From: Camelus ferus
Taxonomy: Eukaryota
Direction: 5' to 3'
DNA: 64,000 nucleotides
Assembly (NCBI RefSeq): GCF_009834535.1
Contig: NC_045697.1
Coordinates: 72,108,001-72,172,000, forward strand
In this document: positions 25,441 to 38,983 of the stretch, in pieces
Position numbering within the stretch: the stretch's first letter is position 1
Layout: every line of letters starts with the position of its first letter
The notes under the pieces: generated by a model
Seen by the model: only the letters and a program-made list of their open reading frames with translations
Databases searched by the model: none
What the model was told of the DNA's origin: nothing
Made by a program: the position numbers and the translations under genes

Positions 25441-27449
25441 ATAACTAGACAAAATATTGGTGGGCAGTGCTATTGATTAAGCTGTGTGACTCTGGGCAAA
25501 TTAATTTCTCTGGGTCTCATTTTCTCTCTTTAAAAAAATGAGCAGGTTGGATCAAATGAGCATCTGCCTCTAAAATTGTTTCTTTGATTTAATAGTATTA
25601 TTTGGATGATTTCAGATTTTCTTGCCATATCGAGGGAGTTCAACATAAGGAAAATGCATGTGAGAAGGTATAAAGACAGTTCTTGATTATCAACATGACA
25701 ATATGAGGAACTGTACATTTTTGGATTATGAGTTATTTATGGTCCCAGTCTAGCTTCTTTCTGACATGTAGGGGTTTCTGGAGTTGTATCTTTTCATTAT
25801 TAATTATTCTCTACTATGAACCCATGTTCATATTTCTCCAAAGAAATTGAAGGCAAACTTGACACAGTAATTGAATATAAAATTCACTATTTTGATTCTA
25901 AATTGTTTCGAGGTCTCACTAATTCTAACTATCTTTGGAAGAAGATAGAAAAGTGGAAGTGGTATGAGCTGAATCCTCATCAGTTATAGCAAGAACACAG
26001 TGTCTAAAATTGACCAGTTTAGAAAAAAGATATAAATGTAGTATTTAGAGATACGAAAAGAACCCCTAGGAAAACCAAAAAGAGAAAGCTAAGAGCGTTA
26101 AGTCAATCACTCAGAAAAGCAGGATTGGAGTTGGGAAATGGGATAAGCGAACCTTTGCTTTTTATATAAGCTCTTCCACCTTTGCATAGTAGGATTTCTT
26201 TTTTAACCATTAATTCATTTGAATATATGTTGAGTCCTTCCTGTGTGCCAGGTTCCAAGCACTGGGAATATAATGCTAAACAAGACAGAAATTTATAATT
26301 TCAGAGAGCTTATTAGATCATGAAATGTTTTTGGTTTAAATTTTTTTCTTTTTACGTTAGGCTTTTTAGAATTGAAGAATCACATAACTATAAAAATGCA
26401 CAAATCATTAAGAATGCAGCATTAATGAATTATCTCAAAGTGAACACACGTAACCTGGGTAATGTTCTGGAAATAGAACGGTAACAGCACACCAAAAGCC
26501 CCATTTCTGCCCCTTCTTAGTCAGGATCCCTACCCTTCACTCTCATTTAAAAGGTTTCGCTAATGACCTTTGGATTACATATATGTTGATTCCGTGACTC
26601 ATATTCATCTACATTACAAGTGAGAGTTGACCAGATGAATTCAGTATGCCAAGATGCTTCACATAAGTAAGAACTCTCCTATGGTTTAAAGCCTTAAAGG
26701 TAGTTCATTTCAGAGTTTCCTCACTGGACAAACTATGGAACTAAAAATACAAAACAAATCACATTTTCCCATTAATTTGTTATTTATGGGCTTGAGTAAA
26801 TTGTTTGTTTATCGGCCAAGCAGTCGAGATCACTGACAGACAGACATGGGTGAAAGAAGTATTCTCGTCAGACCTTATCGGACATACAGGAGAGGGTAGT
26901 TCTCCTCTTTCTTCCTGCTCACTTTAGACGTTGATATCTGCATATGCAGAAAGACTTATCTACATGAATGGTCAGTGTGGAAAGCCCTTCATATCCAGAT
27001 TCAAGAACTGAAAGGTCCCTTGCATAAGGCCTGGTTTTGAGGCTTGCAAATCATTATTTGTGTATGTGTGTAATTGGAAGGTGGTTGTAGTTATGTCTTC
27101 CAGGAAACCATTTTCCCCTTCCAGGCCAATTGTCACCCAGTCCATAGTCCACCGTATCCATAGAACCCAGTATTGCTGGTTCACATGATGATTTTTTTTT
27201 TCTCTCTTAAAACATAAAGGCTATATGTTTGTTGATATTAGAGAATTAATAAAAAATGAAAATCCAAACTAAAGTCATCATATTCAGATTTAAGAGGATG
27301 TGATCAGTTTCTGTATATTTGATCAAAAGAATATTAATCTCTAATTCATAATCCATGAGGTCTACTTCCTCCTCAGCCTGAAAATACAAATATTCCAAAA
27401 TGGTGCTCAAGATAAAGGCCAGACATGAAATTAACATTTAGTCATACTC

Positions 27450-27740
27450 TATTTTTTTATTCAAGACTTAATTTTTTTAGAGCCAAGTTCACAGCAAAAT
27501 TGAGGGGAAAGTGTAGATTTCCCATATACTCCCTGTCCTCACACATGCATAACCTCCCCCATTATCAACGTTCCCCCACCACAGTGGTACGTTTGTTGCA
27601 ACTGATGAACTAAGTTGTGCATTTGGTGGGTCTGGACAAATGTATTATTATGTCTGTCTATCATTATGATATCATACAACAGTATTTTTCACTCTCCTAA
27701 AAAGCCCCTTTGCCTGTTTATACATGCTCCCTCACCATCA
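27450..27740 (-). mobile_element. L1MC-like 3' end fragment
   Basis: TTCACAGCAAAATTGAG...TTCCCATATACTCCCTG...CCCCCATTATCAAC...AGTGGTACGTTTGTTGCAACTGATGAAC. Confidence 0.7.
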
Positions 27741-28453
27741 CACTCTATTTTTAGAGAGGAAGAAATCTGTAGAATTAAAAATGTGGAAGCAAAAGTATCA
27801 GAACAAAGTCCAGTAAGTCCTGATGCCACCTGAATGAAAGACCTCAAACTCTGAGTAGATGTATTGAATTGGTTTTTATGTGGCAATGGAAGGAAGTCGT
27901 ATCCCATGAGTGACCTCAGTTATAACATGGATGATCTTAGCTAACTTACTGTAATTTAAAGAACTTCCCTAGCTATACAAAATTATGTTCACCAGATTTT
28001 ATCTTACTGTATCTAGTGTTAACAAAAAGAAATGTTTCTTGGAATGGCCATTTGATATACATGACACTTGTTTATAATATGATTAGAAAATGTCCAAAAC
28101 ATCTTTCTGATGTTAAAAATTTCAGTCACCTATGATTAAGAAAACACCATAGGCAAAGATTTGTTTCTTATAGAAAGCATTGGAATGCATTCCAATCACT
28201 TGTCTAAGAAAATCCTTGTCCCCCATGGTTACAGTGGACAAGATACAGCAAGAATTTAGATGCTTCTTTCATATGCGGGAATGAGGTTATATTTACTTTT
28301 TTTTTTTTATTATTCTAAGAGGCACACTCCTCCCCTTAACATCTTGGCTTAATTATATAAATTTGAGGATTTTCTAGGTATCTCTCTGTTCTTGGTTTTT
28401 AACTTAATTTCATTGTGTTTAGATAACATATCTGTATGCTTTCAGTGCTTTGA

Positions 28454-28651
28454 AGTTTTTATTTTGAGATAATTATAGATTCTCAGAAAATTGCAAAGAT
28501 AATACAGAGAGGTCCCATGTAGCCTTTACCCAGTTTCCCCTAGTTGTTACATCTTACATAATTGTAGTACAGTATCAAAACTGGGAAACTGACATTGGTA
28601 ACGACCAGTGTATATAGTACTATGCCATTTTATCACTTGTGTAGATTCCTG
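28454..28651 (-). mobile_element. Short L1MC-type 3' fragment nested in the older L1, with 12-bp TSD TCAGTGCTTTGA
   Basis: TSD at 28442-28453 and 28652-28663. Body TTTTGAGATAATTATAGATTC...TACCCAGTTTCCCC. Confidence 0.75.
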
Positions 28652-29100
28652 TCAGTGCTTTGATTTTTGAGACTTGTTTTATGGTCCAGCATATAATCTG
28701 TCTTGGTGAATGTTCCTTGCGCACTTGAAAAGGATGTAGATTCTGCAGTCATTGGTGAAGTATTCTATATATGCACTTAGGTTAATTTGGTTGCTGGTAT
28801 TGTTCCTAAACTTTCTATATCTTTACTGATGTTCTTTTGATTTGCTTTTATCAACTACTGCAAGAAGAGGGTTAAAAATCTTAACTGTTAATTGTGGCTA
28901 TTTCTGTTTCTTCCTCTAGTTGTGCCACTTTTTGCTTCATGTATTTTGAAGCTCTGCTAATATGTACGTATACTTTGCAATCATTGTTTCTCCATGATGG
29001 TATGACCTTTTATTCTTATGAAATAATTCCTCTTAGTCTCTGGTAATATTTCTTCTTTTAAAGTCTACTGTATCTGATATTTTAACGTAGCCTTTTTAAA

Positions 29101-29210
29101 CTTTTTTTTTTAGGGAAGGGTTAGGTTGGTTGGTTGGTTTGTTTTAATGGAAGTCCTGGGGATAGAACCCAGGACCTTGTGCATGCTTCCACTGAACTAT
29201 ACCCTCCACC
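29101..29210 (-). mobile_element. tRNA-derived SINE (Vic-1-like) nested in L1, TSD TAGCCTTTTT
   Basis: GGGGATAGAACCCAGGACCTTGTGCATGC...CTATACCCTCC. TSD at 29088-29097 and 29211-29220. Confidence 0.85.
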
Positions 29211-31771
29211 TAGCCTTTTTTAATATTTATTGTTTCTGTGGTATAACTAGTATAACATTCCCTTCTTATACTTTTAAACTGAGTCTGTAATATTAAAGTG
29301 TAACTCTTACAAAAACCATATCCTTGGGTCTTGCTTTTTTGCCCAGTCTCACCATCTCTACTTTTTTATGGGTGAGTTTAGGCTGTTAACATTTAATGTA
29401 ATTGTTGATTTGGTTGGATTTAAGCCCATCATCTTGGTAGTTGTTATCTGTTTGTGTCATCTTTTCTTTATTCATTTTTTTCCTTTCCTGCCATCTTTTG
29501 AATAAATCAAGTTTACTTTTTAAATTGCATTTTATCTCCTTCACTGGCTATTTTTTAAAGTGGTTGCTTTAGGGATTACAATATGCATAATTGAGTCTAC
29601 CATGAATTAAGGCTACAATGTGTCATGTGTAATGTACGAACGTGGCAGTGGTTTACTTCCATTCTCTGTGCTGTTACTGTTATACGGCTTGCTGCTGCAT
29701 AGGTTACAAACCCCAAAATGTATTGTGATGTTTCTTTTGAACAGCAAACAAGAAAAAAGTCTTATCCATACACATGTATTCATCATTTTGGTGTTTTTCA
29801 TTCTTTCATGTATGTCCAAAGTTTCTATCTGGTACCATTTCCTTCGGGCATGAAGAACTTTTTTAACATATCTTTTAGCAAGCTTGCTGATGACAGATTC
29901 TCTCAGCTTTTGTTTATTTGAAAAATGTCAGTTTCATCTTTATTTTTAAAGGATATTTTTGCTGAATATAGAATTGTTCACTAATTCCTTTTTTTTCTTT
30001 CAGCCCTTTCATTGTTTTTGATGAGAAGTCAGCCATCATACTTACTGTTGTTTGCCCTTGTCCCTGGATGCTTTTACGATTTTTTTCCTTTAGCATCAGT
30101 TTTTAAAAGTTTGGCTCTAATATGACTACCTATGGCTTTATTTGCCTTTATCCAACACGGGGAATCTTTGAGATTCTTGGATCATAGGTTGATTTTTTTT
30201 TTTTTAAATCAAGTTTGGAAAATTCTCCACCATTATGTCTTCAAATATTTTTTATTTTTTCCTCTCTCTTTCTAGGACTCTAAATTACACATGTCAGACC
30301 ACTTGCTGTTGTCCCATAAGTCACTGAAGGTGTTTTCATTTCTTCCTGCCTTTCTTCCCCCTGCTTCACTTTGAATAGTTTTTATTGCCCATTGTTCAAG
30401 CTTATGGATCCTTTCTTCTACATTGTTCAATATGCTGATAAGTCTACCTAGTAAAATTTCATTTTAGTCCAGAATTTTCCTTTTTTTTTCTTTTTTAATA
30501 GTTTTCATTTCTCTGCTGAGATTTCCTATTTGTTATCTATTATGTCCGTATTTTCCTTTACATTCTTCAACAATTGCTGTTGTCAGTTTTAAAGGCATTG
30601 GCTGCTAATTTTATCATTTGTATCATTTTTTTCTTCTGAGTCATATTTTCCTACTTCTTTGCATGTTTTGTCATTTGTTGTTGTTGTTGTTATACATTGT
30701 GGGTACCACATGGCAGAGTATCGATTTTTGTCTTCCTTTAAAAACTCTGGAGTTTTGTTGTAACAGTCAATGAATTTACTTGTGGATCACCTGGTTTTAT
30801 TAAGATGAGTTTAGAGTAGCCCTTAACCCTAGGGTATGTCCCTTACTCCCACTGCGTGGTCTTAATGGGAGCACAACTGAATGTTCAGATTGTTAAGTGT
30901 CGTCTCTTCACCCTAGATGGTTGGAACTTCAGTGTCTCTCAGAAGTTCCAGGAACTTCTGGAATCTCAAATCAGCATCTGGATCCCCAGCAGCCATTCTC
31001 TTTGTCCTGTACTAGCGCAGCTTAGTATTTAGCCAATGCCTAGAAGTGACCCCTGTGCAGATTTATGAGCCTCTTTCTCCATGTATGTCCTGCCTTTCTG
31101 ATACTCTCCCCAGTGAGATTGCTGCTTTCTTTTTGGGCTTTACTCCCTTGTGTCATAGTTAGGAGTATGCCCTCAGTCAAAAAGCAATTTTGGAACACGC
31201 CTCCAGTGTTTCCGTTCTCTTACGGTGTACAGCCTTATACTGTCTCTTGTCCAGTGTCTTAAATAATTGCTTCAAGTATTTTGCATAGTTTTACATTTGG
31301 GTCTGGCAAGGGAGCACATTTAATAATTGTTACTCTATCATGACTGAAACCAAAAGTCCACATTTTGGCAAATCTGGAATTGCAATGTTTCTTACTGTTA
31401 ATGCGTTATTAATTTTTAAAAAGTGCTTATTTACTAACTTGGCAATATAAAGAAGTAGAACTCTCATATCTACTTTTTAGGCATCTATATCCACTTTAAA
31501 AGCTGGTAAATATATGAGGTTAAATTATGGTGGAACAGTATGTTGTCAAGTATAAAATCATCAGTACACAGAAGTGTTATAGCCGTTGTTTGGATTACAG
31601 AGCTGTGGGTTACAGGGGAAATAACAGGATTTCTTGGTAGAGATTGGATTTGAGCAGAGGCTTGAGGACTTGGTAATATTTAAGTACAAGATGGAAATGA
31701 GCACAGCATTTCTGAATGATCAGTATGCCTAGAGAAGAAGGTTTTGGTTAGGATGTAGTATTAAGATACAA

Positions 31772-31885
31772 TCAAAAGCCCTCAACCACTCAGCATACTA
31801 TATTATAAGCCTCACCTATTAAACATGAAGCACCTATTCAGGTGAGGCTTATAATATAATATGCTAAATAGTTAAGAGCTTTTGA
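31772..31885. repeat. Inverted repeat with 46-bp arms and a 22-nt loop
   Basis: Arms 31772-31817 and 31840-31885 pair at 40 of 46 positions without gaps. The 19 loop-proximal pairs are perfect. Confidence 0.95.
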
Positions 31886-32589
31886 CTTTTGTAAGTAATA
31901 TGACAATAATGTGAAAGATGCTTAATGAAGAAGAAATACTACAGTAAGGGAGAGCAGTATGGAGGCTATTGTCGGTCTAAAGGGGAGGCAGTGAAGGTTT
32001 AACTGGGGTGTAACAGCGAAAGGAAAGTGGAAAGGAGGAGCAGATACAAGAAATAATACAGAGAAAAATCAGCAGAAATTGATTATTGACTGATCTGTGT
32101 GAGATGAGCAGAGGAAAAAGGAGAAAAAGGTGACTGAATTTTTGACCCTGAGTACATGAGAGAATGATATATTGGCAGAAACTGGAAAGTCAGGAATGGG
32201 GCCCATGGCTGCAGGAATGATGAACTTGGTTTTAGATATTAGAGCCAAAAGGATTAAACACATTACTTACCTGTTGCATAATGGTATCACTGCTTAAAGC
32301 TAGCAGCAGTTTATTAATACTGACATTCTGAAGGTTTTAACAGTACTAATTTTATTTCTGTTTGTACCACAGTGGTTTTGCCCAGCATGCTTGTTTTCTT
32401 TTGTTCAGCTGGAAACTGAATAGGCCAGTAAAGTAAAAATGAGTACAAAGGCTGATCTGAATAGGACCCTAACAAAGAAAGTGTAATTACTGAATTACCA
32501 AGGTGTCTAACCCACGGCCCACACACCCTCCATTCCCCGTGACACATATGTGGCATTGCTTTTGCCTGTCTTCCTGATTACTAAACTGT

Positions 32590-33013
32590 TACATCAGTCA
32601 GCTTTTGCTACATAAAAAAATCACCACACAGCTAATTAAAATGCAAACATTGATTATTTCTCCCAATTTGGTAGGCTATTGAAGCCACCTGGGCTGGCTC
32701 TGAGGCTCTCTTAAGTCTCTGCACTCAGCTGGTGCTGTTTGGTCCAGGGGACCCTCAGCTGCGATTTCCCCTCTCTGCTCCACCTGGTCTCTCATCCCCT
32801 GGGAGCTAGCCCAGGCTTGTTCACATGGCACCTGTGTTCCAAGAGAGCAGAACGGTCATTGCAAGGCCTCTTGAAGTCTGCATGTAAAACTCACACTCTG
32901 TGGGTCAGAGTAAGTTACAGGCCTGCGAAGAGTCAAGGGATGGAGAAACGGGTTTCTCCTTCTGTCAGGTGGAGTTGCAAAGCATTTTTGGCCATTACTT
33001 TCAGTCTGCCACA
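32590..33013. mobile_element. Old MaLR LTR (MLT1H/J-like)
   Basis: GCTAGCCCAGGCTTGTTCACATGG...GCAAGGCCTCTTGAAGTCT...CAGTCTGCCACA. Confidence 0.55.
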
Positions 33014-33763
33014 ACTGTTGGCTTTGTGAGTACGGGTGCTGCACCACTCTTGTGTTCTTTGATGTCTTTGGGAACTGACGCATAGTAGGCCTAAATATTT
33101 TTTCAATGAATGACTAGATTAATGAAGGGAGGAAAGCACTCAAGGAGCATTTCGATAAACCTTAATTTTGAATATATGCTATGTACTTTTATCATACCGT
33201 TAGTGAGTATGGTGTTTTCTTTGGGCATGTTTCAGAGAGGATCTCTTTATTCTCCTTCTATCCTATGAACCTGATCAAAGGAAGCATTTAAAACAAAGCA
33301 AAACAAAAAGCAGCTACCACTTGCATTAATACTGTTTGTTATTTTTTACCTTCACTTTGGATTGTCTTAGGAAGAACTCAGTTAAGTTTTGTGTATTGTC
33401 ACAGTCCTATTCCGCTTTTCAGGCTGTGTTGTGGGTAGACTACCTCCAACCTGAACATTCAGGAGACCTGGAGCAAAGATGCTGTATGAAAATAAAGCTG
33501 TGTGCCCAGGAGGACAATCACTTCTCATCTTAGACACGTGATTGAATGATTAGCCAGCATCACTCTGTCAACCTGAATGAATGGCTTCCTCTCTCTAACC
33601 TCAGTGCTCTCATCTGGGACAGTATTTCTCGGGGTCATTGAGAAAGTAAATGAAGTATGTGAAGAACTCGCTCTAATTCCTGACTCATGGGAGGTGGTCA
33701 GTGAAGTTTAGCTCCTTGTACATGTGAGCCAATGCACTGTCAGGACGTGGTGGTGCACATCTG

Positions 33764-33955
33764 GGTTTCTCATCCTTGGCACTGTTGACATTTGGGTTCA
33801 GATATTTCTTTAATGTGAGGGGCTGTCCTTGCTTTATAGGATGTTTAGCAACATCTCTAACCTTTACACACTAGATGCCAGTAGGACCACCAGCCAGTTG
33901 TGACAGATAAAAATGTCTCCAGACATTGCCAAATGTTTCTGGAGGCAAAATGCAT
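33764..33955. mobile_element. MER20 hAT-Charlie DNA transposon relic
   Basis: CCTTGGCACTGTTGACATTTGGG...CACTAGATGCCAGTAG...GTTGTGACAGATAAAAATGTCTCCAGACATTGCCAAATG. Confidence 0.85.
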
Positions 33956-36410
33956 TTTATTCAGCAGTGGTAATGGTAGGGAGGGAGTTGTGGCAGTGTA
34001 CCCATAAATGTGGGATTGGAAAGAAAGGAAAATACTTGATTCTTCTCAGAGTGCCTAAAACTTTGACTGCCTGTTAGTCCCATAATTTATTATAAACATA
34101 TTTGTTACTGTGCTAGCTTACGAAAGGGCTGGCATTTGCTATATATCACGAACTGTGCGAGTAAGTTTTGCGTGCAGTAACAGCTGAATGTTGTATTAGA
34201 TTGACATTCCCTTGTGAACAGCTTTAAGCACAATGTATTTGTACTTACTAGGTAGCTATTCTACGTGTTAATTTGTCACATTGCACCCAAATCAAACAAT
34301 AGGGAGGTGAAAATGGATGAAGGACTGGGAAAACATTGAAAATGAGTTTATACAAATCTAAATGTAGTAGGACACAAATATTTGTTCTTTTTTAAAAACT
34401 TTTTAAAAAATCAACTATTCTGAGAAAAGTAACTAAACTCACCATTAGCTTTTCTTTCATCATCACTAAGTCAATATATCATCAGAAAAATGTAAGTAAA
34501 CAGCCCCTTCAAAGTTAAGTTTTTTCTATTTATTATGAAGAGGACTCCAGTGGTGCTTTAGAAACTTTTGAATCATTCATGCTTCATGTTTTAGTCACCG
34601 TATATCATTAATTATTAAAGATGTCATAGTTAAACTTTAAATTCAGGGCAGGGTTTGATTTTTCTCTTTTTTCTATTAAAATATATGTATTTCCAATTAT
34701 GTAATTAAGTTAGAATATGAAAACGTAGACATTTATAACTTAGGGAGTAAAAATCTCCATGTTGCTATATGTGGATCTGAATTATTATTTTTTACAGTTT
34801 TACAACGAAACTGTATGAAAGTAGCATAATTAAACAATCTCCTGTCAAAGGACATTTAGATTGTTTCCAGTTTTTTGCTGCAGTGAATATCCTTGTACTT
34901 ATTTTTTTTTGCACACTTTCTCATATAATTCTTTATACCGATTCCTTGAAAGTGGAATTGCAGAGTCAAAAGACATTCTTATTTGAATGTTTCACATTAT
35001 ATATAATACACATTTACATCTACCTTATAGCACGTTTCCTCCAAAAATTCCTCTATGGAAGGAGACTCCAGCATATTCTTTCTCTCTATTAATTTATTAT
35101 CCAACAGAAAAAGAAATGGTGGTAAGTTACTCTTTCTCTTGTGATTTCATCCAAGATGAGGTATTAAAATTACATCCAAGTGATGTCTGTTGTGGCTGAA
35201 AATAAACTTGAAAATGAAAACACTTTGTTTCTCTGATTCCCAGCTGCATCCTATGGATGGCACCTAAAATTCTGTTTTTCAGACTGCAGGCTATGACCCA
35301 TTAGTAGGTCATGAAATCATTTTAATGGGTTTGAAAAGTTATTTTTTAACGAAATCTAATAGCATGTATTTTCTTACAGTGGGGTCAAGATGTGTGAATA
35401 TATCTGGTCCTAGAAAATTTTCCCCGTTACAAGGAGGGGATTGCCACCAACTCCAACCTCAGTGGTCCAACCTGGTGGCTTGGCCTTGCAGCCTTCACTA
35501 AGAGCTCTCTGTGCTGGCCTTTGACGTCAGTGGTGGAATTGTCACAGATGTGCAGAAAATAATCCATTAGGTATTTCATGTAGAACTCATCAAATTATTC
35601 AGAACTTAGCTGGTTATACTATGTGTCTCATGTGAAAAAAATACAGATGGTTCACTGAGGGAGATGTTTTATTTATTGCTAGCTAGCTACACAATCTATT
35701 TCCCTTTCCATGGTGTGAAATTTTTTCTGAAAGCCTCACTGTTAGGGGAGAGAGATGCAGAGCTTAGGCCCATCTTCTTACTGGTCAACCCAGTATCTTC
35801 CTTTTCTGTTTCAAGATCCTTCCTCAAAAGCACAGCACTATGTGCAAAAGGAAAGTGAAGGGAAGGGCTGGGGGAGCAGGGGGGCAGTAGGGGCTTTCCC
35901 TGGTCTTTCTTAATCCTTCAGTTCCAAAGGCTTAGTTGGTATTTCAAAATCTTGAAATAAAACCTGCTTGTACAATTAATGCAAATATTACTCAGTGATT
36001 CATCGTTTCCAAATAATTCTTGGTTTCATTTGACATTTTATTTTTAAATTATGAATTAACATTGACATCACTCTCGGCTTTCAGATTTTAACAATCACCT
36101 CGTATCTCTTGGGCTGTCATTCGGCTTTTAAAACTATGATCTTTTGGCACACATCTGTCCATAAATCATAGGGAAGATATTGGAGGGAGGAGTGTGTTTA
36201 ATGAGGTGTTTTGTCCAGTGCCTGCAATTTAGAGCTCTTCATTAAGATTTTCACTGCGTAGTGATCATGATAATAACCATGCATCAGTTCTAATAAAGTA
36301 GATTTAGTTGAGGTTTTAAAGTTAGAGCCAGGGCCACTTTATATTAAATTCATACATTCAAAGGTCAGAAAACCATCCACAGGTTTTACATATATATGCC
36401 TGTGCGTATG

Positions 36411-36417
36411 TATGTGA

Positions 36418-36452
<35 letters not shown>

Positions 36453-36462
36453 ATATATATAT
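36411..36462. repeat. Compound (TG)n(TATG)n(TA)n microsatellite
   Basis: Read directly from the sequence. Confidence 0.9.
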
Positions 36463-38702
36463 AAAATCAGTGTAAAAGGTACTGAATGGGTTCTGTCCAT
36501 TTTTTGAGATTGTGGCCTAAGTCTCACCTCCACTTCTGAAGGCTGTGGACTAAGATTGAGAAGATTTGGGTGATCACCCTGCATTAATGGAAAGGCCTCA
36601 AGGCAAAAAAAGAAAAAGTCGTAATATTTTTCTTTGGGGCTCCTGTGGTATTCTAAGATTAAGAATTTTTCACATGGAGTGTTGTGGCTGGTATTAGCGC
36701 TGTATTTCAGTGTGACACTATCTACTAGTATTCTTCATATAACTGAAATTATTTAATATGGATATATACCTAAGTCCATATAAAATCCAAGTTTACAGAA
36801 AGAGTTACGATTTAGGTGATTTGTTCTTGAATAAGCATTTATCAGCTAACTAACATTCTGAACTCAACAAAATTCTATTCCTTTTAAAGCTCCATCCAGT
36901 CAAAATCTCTCACTTTGCAGATGAGGAAACAGAAGCCACAGCGAGTTAGTCGTAAATCCAAAGGCAGAACTCTTGAATTTCAAATGACTTGATTCTTCTT
37001 CACTGTATCAGGCCAATATTCCTTTTTTTTTTTTTAACTGTTTGTCTTAATTCATTACAGCTGTTTGTAAGTCTTCACTCAGTAGCTACTTATTTTAGAC
37101 AAATATTTTCTTGCGAACCTGCAGGGAGTTCTTGTTCACGTAAGACTCAGCGCTGCCCTTTCCCCTTTTGTTGAAATTGGGCTCTGCATCCCACTAGGAA
37201 CCCTCATGGTCCTTTCTCACCCTCACCGGTCACAGGGGGCTCTAGCAGGAGAGGCTTTCATTGGAAATCAAAATCCTCTTTGGAGAATTTTACTCTTTTT
37301 GGAGTGTTAAGTGACGTGTCCATTAGAGTGAGGGCTAAATTGTTCTAGCAAAGAGACCCAGCAATACACTGAAGTTGCTTTCTTTCTCACATGCCATGTA
37401 AAGCAAGTGACATCAATATTAGCTGCCATTCATCATCCAGTAGGTGGCAGAAGCCAGGTAGGTCTTCTCCATGTCTAGGTTTCATACAGCGGGAAAGAGA
37501 AGAAGCAGAAACATGGAGGAAGCATGCCAAGGACCTTATCCCAGACCCGAAAGTGGTGCACAGTAGTTCTGACATCCCACTGGCAAGCATTTCATCAAAT
37601 GGCCATCCCTCACACCACAGAAGTGTGGGATATACTCCAGCTGAGCCGTCATGTTTCCAGCTATAGTGCTATTACTGTGGGACAGGAGATAAGAGATTTT
37701 GGTGGACAGCAACATTCTCAGCCCCAGTCCCTTTGTAGACTTTATGAGAAAAAGAAAAAAGAAAGAAAGAAAAATTGGCCTCAGGAATTAATATTTGCTC
37801 TCAGCCTTGTTTTTTTATCTTCTAATTTTTCAGGCAACATATCCAAAATTTGATCAAAGTAAACTTAACTAAAATTAACCTATACATATAAAGCTTTCTT
37901 AAAGTAGGGGTAAATCCAAAATCATATGTGATTTTAGGTACTGTTTTTATCTGGCCACGTGGTTCTTCACTTTTCTCAGGGCCTCTGGATAACAGAAGCT
38001 TGCTAGGACCTGTGATGTATTAGTATCTGGCTGAGGTCGGGTGAATCTGAGACTGTAGCTTTGATAATAAGGGCCTTTATTTTTGTGTCTTCTGAGTGCA
38101 TGTTTCATATGACAGTGTTTCTGTACCCACTCTGACAATGGTAGGAACTAGCCTGCTGCAGCAGAATGGTCTAGAGGATGGAGCATGAGAGCCATCCTCC
38201 CCTTGTGCTAGGCAAAGCACTGACCAGGCCCTCTGACAGCAGAATGACCCCTTCTGAGCTTCCAGCTCAAAAGTGAGGAGACAGCTCTTGGACCATCACA
38301 GAATTCAGGAAGGGTTGGAAAATAATGCCCACAAGGAGCTAAGCTAAATGAATCGTTGAAGTCTAGATGGTGACAAAAAGAAATCACCTCTAAGAATCAA
38401 ATATGCGTGATTTTTATACAGAGGATGAAGGCTAGTTGTACCAAACTCCAGGACACTGTTGGGAGATTGACGTAAGGGTTTTGGGTTATACGTGAGTGGT
38501 AATTCCTTGATTATGCAATCTTTCTGCTGTTAGATTCAGATTCCAAAGAGGAACTATACCAAATCCTCCTCGTAAGGTCTTTTAAAAAGGGTTCAGTTTG
38601 GTCTTACTGGAATAACAGAGTTTACCCCTGCATGGTGGGACTTTCAAGGTTCACTCCAGAGTTACAGTTTGGTTTTGTGTTCTTTTGCTGTACAGCTCCA
38701 GG

Positions 38703-38741
38703 ATGGCAGAAGACGACCCGTATTTGGGAGGGCATGAACAA
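38703..38741 (+). CDS. NFKB1: NFKB1 exon 2 coding part (exon 38696-38741): MAEDDPYLGGHEQ, contains the start codon
   Basis: Acceptor TTTTGCTGTACAG|CTCCAGG, then ATG in strong Kozak context (AGGATGG), 13 codons and donor CAA|GTAAGT (phase 0). Confidence 0.96.
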
Positions 38742-38983
38742 GTAAGTATTATAATCTCACTGATACTTTTTTGTAAATGTATTCATGTTTTATAATATAC
38801 AGAGGGAACAACAGTAACCATCAGGAAAACTCTAAAGTTGGTAAAATTTTCTCTTAAATTGTTTTTCATATCCCCACGTATAAGGTCAGAGGGGACATGC
38901 CAAGTAAAGCAAGTAGCTTGCACCTGCTATCACATACATTGTTGCATAAAAATTATGTATGCTACAGGTCAAGTGACAATGAC

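Larger units (their letters stand above)
28340..31360 (-). mobile_element. Ancient L1M relic (ORF2 5' region through ORF1) with nested insertions
   Basis: T-rich, with hallmarks such as GGTGAATGTTCCTTGCGCACTTGAAAAG, TGCTTCATGTATTTTGAAGCTCTG and GATGAGAAGTCAGCCATC. Confidence 0.8.

Noticed and set aside
26972..27437. Two adjacent protein-like minus-strand ORFs as a possible processed pseudogene
   Set aside because: I recognised no homology, poly(A) tail or TSD. A TBLASTX search would be needed to exclude it completely.
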